NCBI GenBank assembly: GCA_018670085.1
Contig: JABHRS010000037.1
Span: 28,500 to 92,499 of the forward strand
DNA length: 64,000 bases
Direction of reading: 5' to 3'
Origin: an archaeon
GTDB lineage: Archaea; Nanobdellota; Nanobdellia; Woesearchaeales; GW2011-AR9
Made by a program: the position numbers and the translations under genes. Position 1 is the first letter of the stretch. The number at the start of each line of letters is the position of its first letter. The notes under the pieces are model-generated. The model searched no databases. It saw only the letters and a list, made by a program, of their open reading frames with translations, and had not been told where the DNA came from. Shown piece after piece: positions 40,901 to 51,422 of this stretch.

Positions 40901-43900
40901 CTCCCCAGGTGAATTCTTCACAAATGTATCATTCACAAAAGTTGAATTAGAACCATTTTCCAAATATACAATTGTGTTAGCTGTAGAAATTAAAGTGTTA
41001 TTAATGAATTCAGTATGATGTGGTTCATAATTTTCACTACCAAAATGAACTGCATAAAATCCAGAAACAATATCATTTGAATCAAAGATATTCTCATCAC
41101 CAATAATTAAAACCGCAGGATATAGCACAGATAATGAAGTGATATTATTAGTTGTAAAATTACCATCTGATCCTGAAACAACAGTATTTTGAGCAGAGCT
41201 GAGATTATTATCCAGGAATATATTACTCGCACCGACTGTACTTACGTTTACAGCTGTTCCTTCATAAGCAAAAACATCATTTCTATAAAATCTATGGCTA
41301 GAACTAGAACCAACTTGAATAGCATCATTATTTCCAGATGCGATGATAGTGTTAGACTCCAATGTGGCCCCACTGGACCCAGCAAGAAAGGCAACATTTG
41401 CATTTAAACCACCACTACAGTTACAATCAATAATGCTGTTATTAACTACGGTCCCATCACTTCCAATAAAAATCCCATACTCTCCTTGAGTTGTGTTAAT
41501 TGTCACATTGTTTACAAGATTATTAGCTCCAGCAGATCCAAGCTGAATCCCAGAACTAAAATTCAAAATATTTGCAAAATTAATAATTGTGACATTGGAG
41601 TTATTTCCAACACTAATTCCATGCCCACTACTATCACCTTGAATAGAATAACCCTTCCCATTCAGTTCTATATTACTTGCATTAATAGTAAAACAAGTTC
41701 CAGTTGCGTTATTGTTCTGAGTTACATCAAAATCAGCGTTGATGGTAGTACAGTCTGTAGAACTAGAGCTAGTACTATAATTACTAAACCCAGTAACATT
41801 TGCTGACAAAATACCTGAAGACACATCATAACTAATGTTACAAAGTGAAAGATCATTATCACAACGAGTACCATCTTTCAAAAGTTGAGGCGTTTCAGGA
41901 TAAGACAAATTTTCAATAGTAATCTGAATTACTCTAGTTGCATTCAAAGTACTAAGGCTAGTATTCATCTCAAATCCGATATTATTTTGTTCTAAATAAT
42001 GTGAATCACCAAACAGCAAGTTTGTATCTGTAGATAAATTAGTAGAATTAAAGAACAAAATACTTCCATAAAAATTCTCAAATTTCAATGAACTGGTCTC
42101 AGTTAAATCAGTTCTATCATCAATCTGAAAAAAATCATCATTTTCATTTACTGTGATATTTGTGAAGAGATTACTGTTTGAATTAACCTGAAACACAAAT
42201 GATCCATTTCTAATTGAAATCTCGCTAACATTACTATCGGTTATTGATTCTAAAATTAGCTCATCATTTGTGATAGTAAAATTCTTAATTGTGATTAAAG
42301 AAGAACCAGTCATAAAAAAACCATCATTAAAATTATCATAAAGAATTATATCTTCAAAAGTTGTATAATTAGCTCCACCTAAAACATTAATACCTTTCTG
42401 GGAATGATTTACAAAAGTAAGATTATAAAAAGTACTATTTGGAGTAGAAATTTGTATCCCATTTGAATTATTGATAAAGTCAGAGTGAAAAACACTGATA
42501 TTGTTATCACCAACAACATCTGCCATAATTCCTGCTCCTTGCATATCCTTAAACCTAGAAGCTTCAATAAGAGTATTTGTAGCAGAATCCTCCAATTCAA
42601 CTCCACCGTTCCCATTAGTCATGTTTACATAACTCACTGTTGTGTTCTCAGAAGACTCCAACCCAACTGCAACACTAAAACCATCAATCTCCAAATTTTG
42701 AATTACCACATTATCAAAATCGCTCACATTAATTCCAAACCCACTACCATTCCCCGACAAACTAAATTGATTGAACCCATCAATTGTAATACCGCTTGCA
42801 TTGATAGTAAAGCAAGTTCCAACAGTTGTAATTGATTCACTAAATTCATAATCTGCATTTAAAAAAGTACAATCAGCATGCACAACTTCTGCAGTAGTAA
42901 AATTACTAAAACCAGATACATTTGCAAATAATGCAGTTTGGTTATAACTTACATTACAAAAATTAGTATCATCACATCTAACTCCATCTTTGAATAAGCC
43001 AGGAGTGTTTGAGTAAGATAAGTTATCAATCACGATTTGTGATGACACATTCAGATTCAAGTTGCTACCATTAATAGTGATACCAATGTTATTATTCTCA
43101 AAAATAAAAATCAGTCCAGGTTCCAGTTTAGTTGAAACTGTCAAATTAGTTGAACTAGTATTTATTGAACCATATGTTACATTACGATTAACAATATTAT
43201 TTGAATGTTCCAAACCAGTGAGGTCATTAATAGAATGATTTACTTGATTGGTCACAGTTATATCCCGAAGTTCATTTGATTCAGAATCCCCACTCAAAAT
43301 AATCCCAGTATTGAGATATTCTCCTAAATTGATCAGACTATTATTGACAGTATCCAACCTTAGAGTATTATTTGTTACAATATTTTCAGCAAATAAAATA
43401 TTATCTGAATGAAAAATATCTACACCACTAAAATTATGATCAGTAAAAAAATTCGATGAGATATTAGTCGAGTTTGAATCATTCAAGTAAATCCCAAAGG
43501 CACCATTTTCATAAATATTATTGCTGTCAATCACAGAGTTTATAACTTTAATATCAAGACCACTCAAGCTTTGATTAAATACTTTGTTTTCAGAGAGGTT
43601 CATCCCAGTTGCCACATTCTCCACTAGATACATTCCTTTCACATTAGAATGGATCTCATTTCCACTGAATGTGATATTATTCACATCTCCTGTTGAAAAA
43701 ACACCATAGTTTGCATTAATAGAGATACTGTTCATTGAAAAAGTGACAGTATCTATGTCCCCCAGTTCCATCCCTTCATTAAAACTTTCAATTGCACAGT
43801 TTTGAACAGTCACATTCTCAACACTAACAACTGTCAAACCGACATTTGTTTTAGCAGTTGTTCCTGTGATAGGAAAACCATTACAATCCAAAACAAGGTG

Positions 43901-44413
43901 ATCTTCACCAATTGTCAAACCATTTACCCCACTACATTTAGTAATATTATCAGTTGCATTTAATGTACGAGAAACCGTTAAAGTGTCACCGCAGTTACAA
44001 GGACTAACTCCACAATCAACTTGAGCCAATACTCCACCACCATCACCATCACTGGTTCCAGATAAAATATCACTACCACCAACCGCAGCACCAGTTAAAG
44101 AATTTCCAGAATCAGAAGAGAATAAATTAAAAAATTTTAAAACTATAGAACTTGATTCATCAGTAATTTCAGAATCCAAAGAGCTAACAGGATTATTTGG
44201 GTTAATAAGCTCAGTTTCAGTGATCTCAGAGTCCAGAGAATCAACGCCACCATAAGTTCCAGCACTAGTTACAATCGCACCAGTAATTTCTTGATCTAAT
44301 GGTGCACCAACATCAGAAGAGACCAGGATCACAATTCCAAGAATAACTGCAAGTAAACAAAATAATACTGTCCCTAGAACTACTTCTCTTTTAAACCGTT
44401 TTTGAGCACCCAT
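37913..44413 (-). CDS. large surface glycoprotein with right-handed beta-helix repeats
   Basis: 2166 aa; N- and C-terminal TM, many NxS/T sequons, GGNYW and DxxP (NosD-like), Cys/Trp TSP1-like motif, Ser/Gly/Glu linkers. Confidence 0.9.
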   Translation of the reverse strand: MGAQKRFKREVVLGTVLFCLLAVILGIVILVSSDVGAPLDQEITGAIVTSAGTYGGVDSLDSEITETELINPNNPVSSLDSEITDESSSIVLKFFNLFSSDSGNSLTGAAVGGSDILSGTSDGDGGGVLAQVDCGVSPCNCGDTLTVSRTLNATDNITKCSGVNGLTIGEDHLVLDCNGFPITGTTAKTNVGLTVVSVENVTVQNCAIESFNEGMELGDIDTVTFSMNSISINANYGVFSTGDVNNITFSGNEIHSNVKGMYLVENVATGMNLSENKVFNQSLSGLDIKVINSVIDSNNIYENGAFGIYLNDSNSTNISSNFFTDHNFSGVDIFHSDNILFAENIVTNNTLRLDTVNNSLINLGEYLNTGIILSGDSESNELRDITVTNQVNHSINDLTGLEHSNNIVNRNVTYGSINTSSTNLTVSTKLEPGLIFIFENNNIGITINGSNLNLNVSSQIVIDNLSYSNTPGLFKDGVRCDDTNFCNVSYNQTALFANVSGFSNFTTAEVVHADCTFLNADYEFSESITTVGTCFTINASGITIDGFNQFSLSGNGSGFGINVSDFDNVVIQNLEIDGFSVAVGLESSENTTVSYVNMTNGNGGVELEDSATNTLIEASRFKDMQGAGIMADVVGDNNISVFHSDFINNSNGIQISTPNSTFYNLTFVNHSQKGINVLGGANYTTFEDIILYDNFNDGFFMTGSSLITIKNFTITNDELILESITDSNVSEISIRNGSFVFQVNSNSNLFTNITVNENDDFFQIDDRTDLTETSSLKFENFYGSILFFNSTNLSTDTNLLFGDSHYLEQNNIGFEMNTSLSTLNATRVIQITIENLSYPETPQLLKDGTRCDNDLSLCNISYDVSSGILSANVTGFSNYSTSSSSTDCTTINADFDVTQNNNATGTCFTINASNIELNGKGYSIQGDSSGHGISVGNNSNVTIINFANILNFSSGIQLGSAGANNLVNNVTINTTQGEYGIFIGSDGTVVNNSIIDCNCSGGLNANVAFLAGSSGATLESNTIIASGNNDAIQVGSSSSHRFYRNDVFAYEGTAVNVSTVGASNIFLDNNLSSAQNTVVSGSDGNFTTNNITSLSVLYPAVLIIGDENIFDSNDIVSGFYAVHFGSENYEPHHTEFINNTLISTANTIVYLENGSNSTFVNDTFVKNSPGENEVAGLQGDHIFRNVTFDKNNVSFDPGSNASILLQWYVDVNVSNSTGIAVNAATVNIYNISNLSVLSATTGSDGFVLGQIVSEGTISSTGWDYATPHFVEGIKSGYDIAVNSTINLTSLSHANATVIINVSDADLSCGTLTSSVTLTEDINAAGDCFDIETNSLVIDLAGYSINGDDTGNAFSIGNISSLVIKNGFVDDFENSFVIRHASSVNITNVSIISAEEYGFLLEDVNSSTIEGNVAENLVTGLNLSWGFDNSIYNNKFNATRNNILAAGNNTYNISYGCSDDYLNILSGNCTGGNYWQNYTGLDDGSGSSYPNNVSYDGVGDTLLPYTVSITDSEPVEDYFPLLSCSPSWSCGAWQACTGSTQARSCVDSNACGVDNGKPIEVKDCESSGSGSSGSSGNSGESESSEESNSESENSETEGSDADSNIADSGNTDSDGSVAYAPTQEGQVVGPINAELPPADEILAPELVKENLIVNLIDSEPVDAPVIGTIIGPDGEISEVSGETDDTGSESSNLAGDAGSTSSGSSTGDSSGSESGSEADFGSSDISQKTAAVVDSSYDARRVAELPREKITLSIQNTDLEKSMVLKPIATQEVEDVKPVITRKVYDGATSGGSALKVSSSAVSSDMVSASLGAIERIVIAPGSTENVQVEVTGGYATTSNTFVTVAFFAGEDGDLSDEAVYTQELEIKREVVTTSSVVPSEDGNSIDVFAVIIEREKTDSSLIQSVTDSVSANGLTGAIAGIPGELIDSFDPYSGFTVYDGQYLEISLRDVSEGSFGNLGGKFSFLGSLLTGSDSRILFTDVYGPYDISTQLEGVDSDQEGFVFAQKFGYNPDQLSSGKYVVDMVISDDRGKLSSQSFLLDLDSENDLQDTIESEIAASELESESTDLENYEEGGNSLTGALVSDMTAAISFSQIVSVAYEQTEEAAYIIYQDTLPNREAKIAFLFLLLIVGGCLIIFVFGPVRPVLFDTLGGMKDHLGELRKDLNA

Positions 44414-44555
44414 CCCCAGTTAGATTTATACTCTATTCCTTTATAAATATTTGTAAGTCTAAAAATCTGCATTTTTTTAGATAGATAGTTATAAAAACAA
44501 GATATAAAAAATAAAAATAAAAAAGAGTTATTAATTAGTAGAATCCTTAATTTGT

Positions 44556-45278
44556 TCAAACATTTTTTTCTTTTAAACTAAGTTTCCATTTAGAAACAAT
44601 TTCATCAAAACTCATCCCAGAAACTAAGTCATCAACATATAGTTTATACATTTGTAATTCATAGACATGTTCCTTAATCAAAGCCATCATCCTTTCCTTA
44701 GTTGAATTCATAGCCTTCAAATTTGCTCCCTTACTTCGATAATAATTCTCTTCTAAGATAGTGCAATCTTCATCTTTTTGTCGACCAGCCTTTGGAACAA
44801 TTAGACGTAAAACTCCGTCTTTAGTAAAATCAAAACTAAAAGGAAACATTCGACACACAGCAGGCCGATGATTAAAAACTTGACATCCTTCCCCATCGAC
44901 TAAAAAATGACAATGATCATTTTTTCGGATTAATTGTAAAACTTTTCCATCCCGAACAGCCTCAAAAAAGAAAGGATCATTCTCTTCTAAATTTTCTACC
45001 CAAACAGGGTTATCAATTTTTTTAAAGACAGCAATCTCCTCAAGTGACATTTTGTTATGTGCTTGAATTCTGAGTAAGTCATGCAAAGTTACAAATATTC
45101 CACTTCCTGATCCAGTACAACATCCACCACCTGCAGCAACACAACGGTCACATGCAGACATATTAGAATAATCATCATCAACTACAGTTAAAGGAATAGA
45201 GCTTTTACTTGTTGCAGTGTTTATGGATTTTACAGAGTCCACAACGTTATTTTTTGAATCAAGATTTATTTCATCCAT
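44556..45278 (-). CDS. YkgJ-family cysteine-cluster protein
   Basis: CxxC..CC, CxFL....C, RPxxCRxFPF. Confidence 0.88.
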   Translation of the reverse strand: MDEINLDSKNNVVDSVKSINTATSKSSIPLTVVDDDYSNMSACDRCVAAGGGCCTGSGSGIFVTLHDLLRIQAHNKMSLEEIAVFKKIDNPVWVENLEENDPFFFEAVRDGKVLQLIRKNDHCHFLVDGEGCQVFNHRPAVCRMFPFSFDFTKDGVLRLIVPKAGRQKDEDCTILEENYYRSKGANLKAMNSTKERMMALIKEHVYELQMYKLYVDDLVSGMSFDEIVSKWKLSLKEKNV

Positions 45279-45343
45279 AGCGAAAAAATTTATGTTACAT
45301 GCTTTTAAGTGTTTGCTATTTCTGCAGAATTCACTTTTCAAGA

Positions 45344-46534
45344 TTATTCAAATAATTCCAAAAACTCAGCATAACCTTCTGATTCCATATTATCAATTGG
45401 TACAAATCTAAGAGCTGCAGAATTCATACAATAACGCATTCCGCCTTTATCAGTTGGACCGTCTGCAAACACGTGACCCAAATGTGAATCAGCAAGATTA
45501 CTTCTAATCTCAATTCTAGAATAGAAAAAACTTTTATCTTCTACATACTGAATATTTTCTTCAACTAATGGTTTTGTAAAACTTGGCCATCCAGTTTTAG
45601 AATCATACTTATCAAATGAAGCGTATAACGCTTCACCAGACAAAATATCAACATAGATTCCAACTTCATAAAAAGCATCATACTCTCCAGAGAACGATCT
45701 CTCAGTGCCACTTTCTTGGGTCACATGATATTCCAACTCAGTTAAAATTTCTCGCAGCTCAGCATCACTTGGTTTTTCAAAAACTTTAGCTGCAACATTA
45801 TTTGAAACTAAAGTAATATCCTCAGAGTACAGAAAAGATTCAAACAAATCCAAATTCTCCTGAGTCCAAATTTCTTCAAGGAATTGATCACGCCCACTAT
45901 TACCCCGGTAATAAGAATAGCGGATAGGATTTTTTGTATGATAATCTTGATGATAATCTTCAGCGAAATAAAATGCTTCGAATGGTAAAACTTCTACTGA
46001 AAATTCATTCCCCTCATAAAGATTCAAAGTAGCAAGTTCAGATAAGACCTGCTCTGCAATTTGCATTTCACTTTCACTGCTGTAAAAAATAGCACTTCGA
46101 TATTGATCTCCTCGATCAACAAAAGAACCAGTTGCATCAGTTGGATCAATTTGTAACAACAGCAGATGCACTAATTCTTCAAAGCTGACAACAGTTTCAT
46201 CATAGTGAACTTCTACAGTCTCAGTATGACCAGTAGTGCCAGAAGAAGCTTCAGCATAGCTAGGATCAACTGTCACTCCTCCACTAAAACCAGAGTATAC
46301 TTCAATAACTCCATCAAGTTTTTCAAAAGCAGATTCTGTGCACCAAAAACAACCACCTGCAAAATGTGCAACTGAGTAACTTGCATTCTCAATGTGTTCT
46401 GAGTTATCAGAAGAGGGTGTTGGTTCAAGTTCAGATTCAGCTGATGGACCAATCATTTCCAGTTCAGAAACAGAGCTACAGCTTGACAATATCAAAAATG
46501 AGAAGATTACAAAAATAAAAATAAATTTTTTCAT
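45344..46534 (-). CDS. msrAB: bifunctional methionine sulfoxide reductase MsrA/MsrB, exported
   Basis: AGGCFWC, AEDYHQDY, GWPSF, HLGHVF, RYCMNS; signal with LSSC. Confidence 0.96.
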   Translation of the reverse strand: MKKFIFIFVIFSFLILSSCSSVSELEMIGPSAESELEPTPSSDNSEHIENASYSVAHFAGGCFWCTESAFEKLDGVIEVYSGFSGGVTVDPSYAEASSGTTGHTETVEVHYDETVVSFEELVHLLLLQIDPTDATGSFVDRGDQYRSAIFYSSESEMQIAEQVLSELATLNLYEGNEFSVEVLPFEAFYFAEDYHQDYHTKNPIRYSYYRGNSGRDQFLEEIWTQENLDLFESFLYSEDITLVSNNVAAKVFEKPSDAELREILTELEYHVTQESGTERSFSGEYDAFYEVGIYVDILSGEALYASFDKYDSKTGWPSFTKPLVEENIQYVEDKSFFYSRIEIRSNLADSHLGHVFADGPTDKGGMRYCMNSAALRFVPIDNMESEGYAEFLELFE

Positions 46535-46627
46535 GTGATATCAGAATCATTAATCACTAATAAATGTTTAGAATTGATTATCAAATTTAATTAACATAAA
46601 AAGAAAAAAGAAAAAAATAAAAACTAA

Positions 46628-47362
46628 TTAATTAGCATACAATTCCAAAACATCAGCATTAACACTGCTCTCCATAAGAACATCAACTATTTTTTTCATA
46701 GCAGTACCCAACGCTTTATACGTTACTGGATCACCTCTATCAATCCCAACAATTTTTACGGCCTCTTCAGTCATAACAACTGCTGCAGCACCAAGTTCTA
46801 CAAAGGATTGAACATAAATATTCTCAGTTGGAAAAATTTCAGTTACAGCATATTTTATTGCACCATCAGCGATCGCTGCTTCGAGACCATCAGATTCAGC
46901 TTTTGTAATCAAAAGGTTAACCACATTATCTCTTTTCACAGCATAAGAAACAATATCATCAATTGCAGCATTCATATTACTAAGGTCAAAATTTTCGGGA
47001 ATAGCAATAACAGTAGTAAATCTATCAAAATGTGCTCTGAGATAACTTCCACTTTGAGTCCAGGTCCTTTCAACTTCCTTAATTCTCTTTGGAAGGTCAG
47101 ACAATTCAGACAAGCTCCGTTCGAATGCAGCATATGTAGTTGCAGATTCAGCTACCCCAATTCTTCCATGAATAACATTTTCCCTAAGTTCAGTTCGAAA
47201 TTCAGTATCCACCCGCAGAATTTCTTTCTCTAATGAAGACCCATCTTTGTAAAGCCCCCTAGTAATATTTCCAAAATAATCGGCAATAGCCATTCTAATC
47301 ATATGTTCAGTTTCCATTTTTGTATCTCCATCGGATTTATCGTTATAACATGCCAAAAACAC
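46628..47362 (-). CDS. hypothetical protein
   Basis: 244-aa helical ORF; start uncertain. Confidence 0.65.
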   Translation of the reverse strand: MFLACYNDKSDGDTKMETEHMIRMAIADYFGNITRGLYKDGSSLEKEILRVDTEFRTELRENVIHGRIGVAESATTYAAFERSLSELSDLPKRIKEVERTWTQSGSYLRAHFDRFTTVIAIPENFDLSNMNAAIDDIVSYAVKRDNVVNLLITKAESDGLEAAIADGAIKYAVTEIFPTENIYVQSFVELGAAAVVMTEEAVKIVGIDRGDPVTYKALGTAMKKIVDVLMESSVNADVLELYAN

Positions 47363-47587
47363 CCATATTTATAAAGTTGTCGTAAAATAACTACGGCAAA
47401 GTAGTGTATTCAGAGAAATGTGACAAATTGACAATATCTGAACTTTTATCAAAAATCGGTCCTAAAAAATATAATTAAAAATCTAAAACATATTAATCAG
47501 TTATTAGAACAAAAAAATCCAAACAGAAATAACAAAACAATTAGAATAATAAAAAAAAAATAAAAAAAATAAAAAAATCAAGAAGCT

Positions 47588-47914
47588 TTATTTCCCTTCA
47601 ATAATCTCATACTCTTTAACAATCACCCACAAGAACAGAAGTAATAACACTGCTCCAGCTAGCATATACCAAGCTCCAGCAACCAAGGAATCGTTGGATA
47701 AAGATTGATACATCCCAAAACCCATTACTGCAAATCCAAGCCATAGAAATTTATCAAGTACCAATTTCATAATTTCAAATTCTTGAGCTTCACTCATTTT
47801 CCGCTTACCTGAACGAGAAGATCTAGATTTTGAAGCTGCAACTGATTTTGCTGTCACCCTTCTAACTTTTGTTCGACTTCGACTCACTTTTCTTTTTCTT
47901 ACCATCACCATCAC
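47588..47914 (-). CDS. small membrane protein
   Basis: Basic N-terminus, QEFEIMKLVLDKFLWLG, two TM. Confidence 0.75.
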   Translation of the reverse strand: MMVMVRKRKVSRSRTKVRRVTAKSVAASKSRSSRSGKRKMSEAQEFEIMKLVLDKFLWLGFAVMGFGMYQSLSNDSLVAGAWYMLAGAVLLLLFLWVIVKEYEIIEGK

Positions 47915-47956
47915 CTGTATAATTTATTAAAAAAATAAAAAACCAATCAAAAAAAC

Positions 47957-48574
47957 CTATGAGGTTTTAATGAAAAAGGTTGTACTATCATATTCTTCCC
48001 AACTTGTACCATCATCTTCGCTTTCTTCAAGGACTGCCTTATACAAGTATGTACCTTGTTTACTCGGTGCTACAATTGAAAATGAGATCACCTGTGTTTC
48101 TCCAGCTGGAAGTGATTGTGCTGAGTTATCCCAAAGTATTTCAGCTTCAGCTTCGCCAAACTCCAACTTTTCACCTGGAGTAAAATCCACAAAACCATCA
48201 CCATCATTAACTTGGAACCCTAATCTAAAATGTTTAGACTGATCATCAACATTTTTTATTCCAACAGCCAGTACATCTTCTTCTTTAGTTTCATAAACTA
48301 AGTCATTACTTGGAAAACTAAGTCGATTATTACTTCGTCTTAAATCTTCTTGAATTTGTTCTGCGATTTGTGTTTGAACGGAACTTGATGTATCAGTAAT
48401 TTGCTCGAATTGACCCTTAACAAAACCTAAACCTAAACCTAAAACAACGAATGCAATTACAACTATTACAATTGCTTCAATAGAAAGATTCAATGAAGCC
48501 TTTTTCCCACTAGAAAAAATACTAAAAAAACCCTGATTTTCCCCTGCTTTTTTTCTAAACCATCCTTTAACCAT
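47957..48574 (-). CDS. class III signal peptide (type IV pilin-like) protein
   Basis: KKA/SLNLSIEAIVIVVIAFVVLG; adjacent to prepilin peptidase; GAGGTG SD before ATG 48574. Confidence 0.75.
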   Translation of the reverse strand: MVKGWFRKKAGENQGFFSIFSSGKKASLNLSIEAIVIVVIAFVVLGLGLGFVKGQFEQITDTSSSVQTQIAEQIQEDLRRSNNRLSFPSNDLVYETKEEDVLAVGIKNVDDQSKHFRLGFQVNDGDGFVDFTPGEKLEFGEAEAEILWDNSAQSLPAGETQVISFSIVAPSKQGTYLYKAVLEESEDDGTSWEEYDSTTFFIKTS

Positions 48575-48662
48575 TTGACCACCTCTTTGTATACACACAT
48601 TATATCATGAGTGTTCTGATATTTACTATTAATTATTACTAATAAAATATAAACATTCTTGC

Positions 48663-49535
48663 CTATAAAAAGCTTTGCAATATTGGCATCCAATTTTCTT
48701 GAGTTAGAAGCAGAATATAACCAAACAAAAATGCTGGAACAAATGGTACACCTTCTTTAATCACTACGTTTTTAACAATTCCAGTTCCGTACCATTTTAA
48801 TAATTTTTGAAGGTCACTTCTCTCAATTGTTTTAGGATAAATTGTTGCCCCTTTTTCACCCCTAACTTTTTCAACCAACCAATCACCTTCAACCAAATCA
48901 AGAATATTTCTTTTTTGAACAAAACATGATCTTTCAACTGCTACAATCCCAACAAATAACAAATAACTTAGGATCACAATTAATCCAAGTGATGAAAAAA
49001 TCCAATGAACTCTCATTCCTAAAAAAATACTTACAACAAAAACTCCGATTGCAGCTTTAAAATATCCACTTGACTCATAAAATAATTGTCTAAATTCATG
49101 TATGAAAGCACCTCTGTGTTCAATTGCCAAACCGATACTCCAAAGAAGAGAATAAGCAGCTCCGGAAAAAAGAAGTAACAAGATAAAAGCTAACAAATCA
49201 AATCCGATTATACCAAGTTCAGTTGATAATGATTTAAACAAAAAATCAACGCCAATAACCGCACCCATTCCGATTAAAAGTTTACTATCAGCTCCCCCCC
49301 ATTGTCCAGTGTAATACAATAATAAAGCAATTATAAAACAAATTACAAGTCCAATTAATCCACTAATGATTAATTCTACACCTAAAGTGAAGGAGAATAA
49401 CACACGTAAAATTAAAGCTGCAATTACCAAACCCCAACTAAGCAGATCAGCAACTTCGCGATGTTTAATATCAGAAATTGAACTAGCTATTAAGATAAAA
49501 AAAACCACAACTGACATCACAGAACTAAAAACCAT
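48663..49535 (-). CDS. prepilin peptidase (A24, FlaK/PibD/EppA-like)
   Basis: SDIKHREV, WGGADSK, LVEGDW, GVPFVPAF. Confidence 0.92.
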   Translation of the reverse strand: MVFSSVMSVVVFFILIASSISDIKHREVADLLSWGLVIAALILRVLFSFTLGVELIISGLIGLVICFIIALLLYYTGQWGGADSKLLIGMGAVIGVDFLFKSLSTELGIIGFDLLAFILLLLFSGAAYSLLWSIGLAIEHRGAFIHEFRQLFYESSGYFKAAIGVFVVSIFLGMRVHWIFSSLGLIVILSYLLFVGIVAVERSCFVQKRNILDLVEGDWLVEKVRGEKGATIYPKTIERSDLQKLLKWYGTGIVKNVVIKEGVPFVPAFLFGYILLLTQENWMPILQSFL

Positions 49536-49540
49536 TTATT

Positions 49541-50545
49541 TCACTTCTTACGAATTCTTGGCGGAGGTGGCAAAGGTAACTCTCCAATCACTTCATCTTG
49601 AATTTTTGATTCTTCAGCAGCAGATAAACCACCTTGTGATAATTTTGATTCCAAATTAGACATGTGTTCACCTGATTCAGCAGTACTTTCAACTGTTGAA
49701 ACATTAGCTGCACCCATCATCATAGTATGTTTAATTTCCATGTTATTATCTTGAACCTCAGTTCCAGAAAGTCCTACAACACCCTCTTGATCTAAAGAAA
49801 TTTTTTCATCAGGTGAGTCAGGCAAGTCAACAATGTTTTGAACATTCAATTCTTCATGTACATCAGGATACTTATGTTGAATATCTTGGATTTTCATTTC
49901 AAGTTCTGTAATTTGAGTTTGGATTTTCTTTAATTGAATTGGATTCAAATTAGAAGTTTCAGCTTTCAATTCTAATTCATGTTTGACACTTCTAATTCGG
50001 TGAAATAAGATTGAAGCCCGACGAACTTTTAATGAATTTTCAGAATCAACTGATTCAGATGTTGGTTTAGAAACTAATTTCCTAGAAGAGTTACGCTGTT
50101 TAACATCTGTGTTAGGCTTAACTTGATTTAATTCTTTCAATAAAGATTGCGAAAGTGCTACATCTTTTTTTAGTTCAGATTTTGCAAGTAACTCTGACAA
50201 GATGTGATAAAGTTTAGTGACTTTTTCTTGTAGCTCTTTATCTTCAGCTGCGTTTATCCTATTTTTTAATGAAGTGATTTGCCTTTTCAAAGAACTAACT
50301 TTTTGAGACTCTTTTGCCTCATTTTTCAACAGTTTATCCTCGAGGACAAAAATATGTTCTAATTTTTTTTCCAAATGAACAATCTCTTTTCTAAGACTAA
50401 GTCTTGGCACATTTTTTTGAGTAGAGAGATATTTAATTTCATCAATTTTTTGAGAAATTTCTTTTTTATTGATTTTTTGCCTCATACCATCTTGAGCTGA
50501 TGCTAATGAGTGTAACAATTTTTTTGCTCTAAATGCTGTAGCCAC
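49541..50545 (-). CDS. coiled-coil protein with C-terminal polyproline
   Basis: GTG start with SD; heptad-rich; ends ELPLPPPPRIRKK. Confidence 0.75.
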   Translation of the reverse strand: MATAFRAKKLLHSLASAQDGMRQKINKKEISQKIDEIKYLSTQKNVPRLSLRKEIVHLEKKLEHIFVLEDKLLKNEAKESQKVSSLKRQITSLKNRINAAEDKELQEKVTKLYHILSELLAKSELKKDVALSQSLLKELNQVKPNTDVKQRNSSRKLVSKPTSESVDSENSLKVRRASILFHRIRSVKHELELKAETSNLNPIQLKKIQTQITELEMKIQDIQHKYPDVHEELNVQNIVDLPDSPDEKISLDQEGVVGLSGTEVQDNNMEIKHTMMMGAANVSTVESTAESGEHMSNLESKLSQGGLSAAEESKIQDEVIGELPLPPPPRIRKK

Positions 50546-50639
50546 TTTTTTACCTTCTTATTGAGATTAATTTTTTTGATTCTGTATATTTTGATTCTAT
50601 ATATCAAATAAAAATTATAATTCTAAAATAATTAAAAAA

Positions 50640-51188
50640 TTAAAAAAATCCATGTCTTTTTTTACTTTTTTCCAATCCAGGCGGTGGAGGTGGAATTCCT
50701 CCAATACCAGCAACACTTGCTGAACCCATAGTAGGAAGTGGTGGAACCATTGAAGCACCAACACCTGCACTCATCATATTAGGAGGAGCAGAAAAAGAAC
50801 CACCCTGCATATTACTTGGCATACCTGTGTTTGCTGAAGGGATACTCTGCACTGCAGCAACAGGTTTACTTGAATTTGTAAATTGTTCAATCTTATCTGA
50901 AATAGCAATCATTCCTCTTGCAATAGTTTCGTTTTGAGTTACAACGGCATCAATTCTTTCATTCAAATGTTTAATTGATTTGAAGATATCTTCATCTGCT
51001 GTTGTGTCTAATGCTTTTTTGAATACATCATTCAATTCATGAATTGAATCTTTCAAACTTTCAATCTCCAAGATAAGTTCATTTGTTTTGGTATCTGGTT
51101 CTTGTAATTTCTTTTTTAATGCCTCAACATCATATTTGAGATCCTCAAGTAAACTGTGAGGAAGAATTTCATAATCTTGCTTTGTCAT
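50640..51188 (-). CDS. coiled-coil protein with Pro-rich tail
   Basis: YEILPH N-terminus; IPPPPP..KKRHGFF end; GAGGTG SD. Confidence 0.78.
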   Translation of the reverse strand: MTKQDYEILPHSLLEDLKYDVEALKKKLQEPDTKTNELILEIESLKDSIHELNDVFKKALDTTADEDIFKSIKHLNERIDAVVTQNETIARGMIAISDKIEQFTNSSKPVAAVQSIPSANTGMPSNMQGGSFSAPPNMMSAGVGASMVPPLPTMGSASVAGIGGIPPPPPGLEKSKKRHGFF

Positions 51189-51422
51189 CCCTGCCACCTC
51201 TTTGTAATCGATAATCACTTAACTTATGATCACCAAAATTATTATAATTATAATGATTAAATATTTTCCTTATCAAAAATAGAGGAAGTGAGGTATATAA
51301 AGTTTTGCGTCAATTAAACAATTATCTTAATTGATTTTATTCGAAAATTGATTATACAACTGGTTAAACAATTGAAACTAACACATAGTTTTAAATACTA
51401 ATTTTCTTAAATAATGTTTACC

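Noticed and set aside
38607..42835. Plus-strand ORFs inside the large surface protein gene
   Set aside because: Antisense shadows of a low-complexity coding strand.
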